A stretch of 64,000 bases of DNA from Psammoneis japonica (taxonomy: Eukaryota), in the NCBI GenBank assembly GCA_008632985.1, contig QPGO01000035.1, forward strand, positions 359,899 to 423,898, read 5' to 3'. The position numbers and the translations under genes are program-made. The notes below the pieces were generated by a model. That model did not search any database, was not told the DNA's origin, and saw nothing but the letters and a program-made list of their open reading frames with translations. This document shows positions 61,026 through 64,000 of this stretch, in pieces (the stretch's first letter is position 1; the number at the start of each line of letters is the position of its first letter).

Positions 61026-62866
61026 TCAATTTTCGCGTCGACGCCTTTTCACCATTTCCACGAACAAACCTTCGCCAAATGGCTTGAAGAGATGCTGAAT
61101 CGCGTCATCGGCAAACACCATGCTGTTCTGTGGCCAAGCGTCGTAGTAATTCTTGACATTGGCCTTGATTGTACCTGTCACAAAAAGCTGCACAATGTAG
61201 GTCCCTTTCTTGTACCCCAAGCCTTCAGCGCGGTGGTCTGCCTTTATTAGCCAATCTCTGATCTCCTTCGGAGTCGCGGTGTGATATAGTTTCATCTGAA
61301 AAAATATTGCAAGGTCTTCGAAGCCGTTTCGAAACACGCCTTCGACTCCTTCTTCATTAGACTTCTTTGCGTAGTGATAGCATGGCAGCTCGCATGACTC
61401 CGACCCCAAGGGTAGAGTTTGAAATGAATTGGCTGCACTCTCCGCTGTAGCAGTCTTTTCAAGGACATTGTCGCTCACCTTCAAGAAGGCACCAAGATCT
61501 CCAACAATGTCACATAGACTCGGGGCTGCGCCTCTAACAACTTGCAACATAGCCTTGCGCAACTCAAGTAAACCCATTGTTGCTATCTCCCAAGTTTTAA
61601 CAGCCTCGCTGGGTCCGTCAGAGTAAAATAGTCGGTGAAGCTCTACGAGCACCCAATTTTGGACGTGAGAAAACACTTGGTTGCCTTGGGGAAAATCAAA
61701 CTGTAGTAGCCGCCATGGAGGCAGTGTCAGAGTGACATATAAATTGGGCCAAAGAAGATAAACGTCGTCGTTTTCCGCAGAATGCAGTTCTGCAAATCCA
61801 TGCAGCTTGTCCAAAACTGCTTCCAATCTGTCTCGGTTCACAGCTTCCCGCTTCTGATCGCCAAACGCAGTCCGAGCCGCCAAAAGAAACACGTTATCCG
61901 CACCAATATCTGGTACTGCATATACAATCTGTGGAATCGCGACCTTGGTTCTACTTTCTGCCACCCTCAACCAATCGGACATGTTCGGACTGCTCCTGGC
62001 AACCTGGATTGCCACTTTGAGAAAGAAATGTGCATCGGCCGCCCTGGCCGCTGTCCCTGCAAAAACCTGCGACGTAACGACGAAATCTTTTGTTTTGTTC
62101 TCCATCGTGTCTGGATTTGACGAAAACTTGATTCGTCGCATCGCTCTCCCAGATATTTGGACCACCACTTCTCCAAAATCGTAGATGTATAACGAACTTC
62201 CCACAAAGGCAAAGAAGCCGCCCTTGGCAATTGTGGATTGCGAAAACGACAGTAGATCATCCATAAGGTTCGTGTATTCGGCGGAATTGAGTTGCCGGAC
62301 CTTCGAGAGCTCATCGATGCACACGACAAACCCAGTTGTTTCGCCTTCCTTCGAGAACATTTCAACTAGATCGTCCCAGGTCTGTAACACAGACGCAGCG
62401 GCATCAAAACGTCGGAAGTCGACTCTGCCTTCATAAGACCGTACCAGCCTTTCAATCGTAGAGACCACAATTGGTCCTTCGCCAGTCGTGTAGGGCGACT
62501 GTTGATTGAATGACGCAAAGAGGACAAGGAGACGGTCAAGGTTCGGAACATTGTCTGGTGAAGCAGCATTGATTCGTCGAAGAAGCTCTTTCGCCGTGTT
62601 ACCTGCATCAGGACTGAAAGTACAGCAGTTGTTAAAAATCCAACGAAGAAACTCGGTTTTGCCGGACTCGCTCGGCGCCGCGATCCCCAACACAGGCACT
62701 TTCTTCTTGTCCAGGGCTGAATTCCCTCTCGATGTTGCCAAGTATTCGAGACCTTTATAGAGATCTTCCTTCGCAGATTCTCGGTCATGAAGTCCCCCAA
62801 ATTTTTGCGCTCCTTCCCCCACTGGAAGAATTGCTTTTTGGTCGGTTGGAGACCAAACGACGTCAG
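61026..62866 (-). CDS. Second Crinkler-like P-loop NTPase + REase-fold protein (last exon; upstream exons uncertain)
   Basis: Walker A IAAPSESGKT, Walker B VVCIDE, C-terminal SNEEGVEGVF...IFFQMK. No ATG; the frame is open back to a ttag acceptor at 62867-62868. Confidence 0.7.
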
Positions 62867-63013
62867 CTAAGAACCGTGTGATAATCGATAAGTAACGATG
62901 ACATCATCCTTACCTCACCATACGTGTACATTTTCATCGGTGCATATATTATTATGAATGTTCCCAACTTACTCACAGCAAACTGCAGCGCTGCAGCGCA
63001 CAATGACACCGGT

Positions 63014-63583
63014 CGACGGTGTCCCACTTTACGGCGAGATATCTCAACGATACTTACACCGATTTCCCTGTTTCTTTTTTCAGTATTGGGATACATTGTA
63101 CAATGCATCCTACTAGGTTGGTACCATTGCGCATTATTGAGAATTATGGATTTCTGTTTTGTTTGAAACCTCGCAGCAATTTCAAATTCGGAAAAGCGCG
63201 CACGACGGTGTCCCACTTTACGGCGTGATATCTCAACGATACTTACACCGATTTCCCCGTTTCTTTTTTCAGTATTGGGATACATTGTACAATTCATCCT
63301 ACTAGGTTGGTCCCATTGTGAATTATTGAGAATTATGGATTTCTGTTTTGTTTGAAACCTCGCAGCAATTTCAAATTTGGAAAAGCGCGCACGACGGTGT
63401 TCCACTTTACGGCGTGATATCTCAACGATACTTACACCGATTTCCCCGTTTCTTTTTTCAGTATTGGGATTCATTGTACAATTCATCCTACTAGGTTGGT
63501 CCCATTGTGAATTATTGAGAATTATGGATTTCTGTTTTGTGTGCAACCTCGCAGCAATTTCAAATTTGGAAAAGCGCGCACGA
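63014..63583. repeat. Three near-identical tandem units of 189 bp
   Basis: cgacggtgt at 63014, 63203 and 63392. The unit is 63 codons and is open on the minus strand. Confidence 0.95.
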
Positions 63584-63675
63584 AGGATGCAGGTAAGTAC
63601 CATTCGATTCTCCGTGGTGCTACACCAATATTCTTACTTCTTTGCACCATTTTAACAAGAAGTTGACAACGTCCC

Positions 63676-64000
63676 TTAATGATTAATGCTGTCATGACTT
63701 ATGATGAGACGTGTCCACACCTTTCCAGTGTTGGAGCTGGCATATTTAGATATCCAGTTTCTCACCGACACGCTTTTTGCGATTCGACGCTCGAATTGAA
63801 TGTTGCCAATTGCAAGCGGTACCCCGGCACCTCCATAGCAAGATACTTCCACACCAATGTTGTCTTCATTTCCCATTGTTGTAGCCAATGGTCGTATGTT
63901 GTACAAGGCATGAAAAACCACCCACTTTGTACCCAACGGTAGTGTCTCCAACACTGGCTTTTCGGTGGAGACGAGCGTTGCCAATTTCACCTGGTCTGTA
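63676..64000 (-). CDS. Possible coding exon cut by the window edge (may be upstream exon of the NTPase gene)
   Basis: Open frame with globular-looking composition in normal DNA; no motif recognised. Confidence 0.3.
   Translation of the reverse strand, partial: TDQVKLATLVSTEKPVLETLPLGTKWVVFHALYNIRPLATTMGNEDNIGVEVSCYGGAGVPLAIGNIQFERRIAKSVSVRNWISKYASSNTGKVWTRLIISHDSINH

Noticed and set aside
63014..63583. CRISPR array or diversity-generating repeat
   Set aside because: Contiguous 189-bp units with no spacers, eukaryotic context, no cas gene or DGR-type RT.

Overview
Eukaryotic nuclear DNA with short GT-AG introns; probably a diatom, inferred from the CoDi-like Ty1/copia elements and the gene set. 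The window alternates between two sequence types. (1) Gene islands of normal composition at about 5.5-7.8, 35.1-49.5 and 60.8-64 kb. They carry a cryptochrome-DASH, a FIG4/SAC phosphoinositide phosphatase, a GT32 glycosyltransferase, mitochondrial mL40, two low-complexity genes and two Crinkler-like NTPase+REase genes. (2) Transposon domains holding two full-length 7.1-kb copia copies with TSDs, older copia relics, a probable non-LTR relic and MITEs. The main observation is that the transposon domains carry a strand-symmetric TpA->TpG/CpA hypermutation, the opposite direction to fungal RIP. It is shown by LTR-to-LTR differences, by three-way TA/TG/CA sites, and by conserved Tyr codons turned into Cys or His in pol. 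It removes TAA/TAG stops instead of creating them, spares genes, precedes CpG decay, and leaves mostly YTAR contexts intact. All alignments and composition statements were made by eye, not computed.
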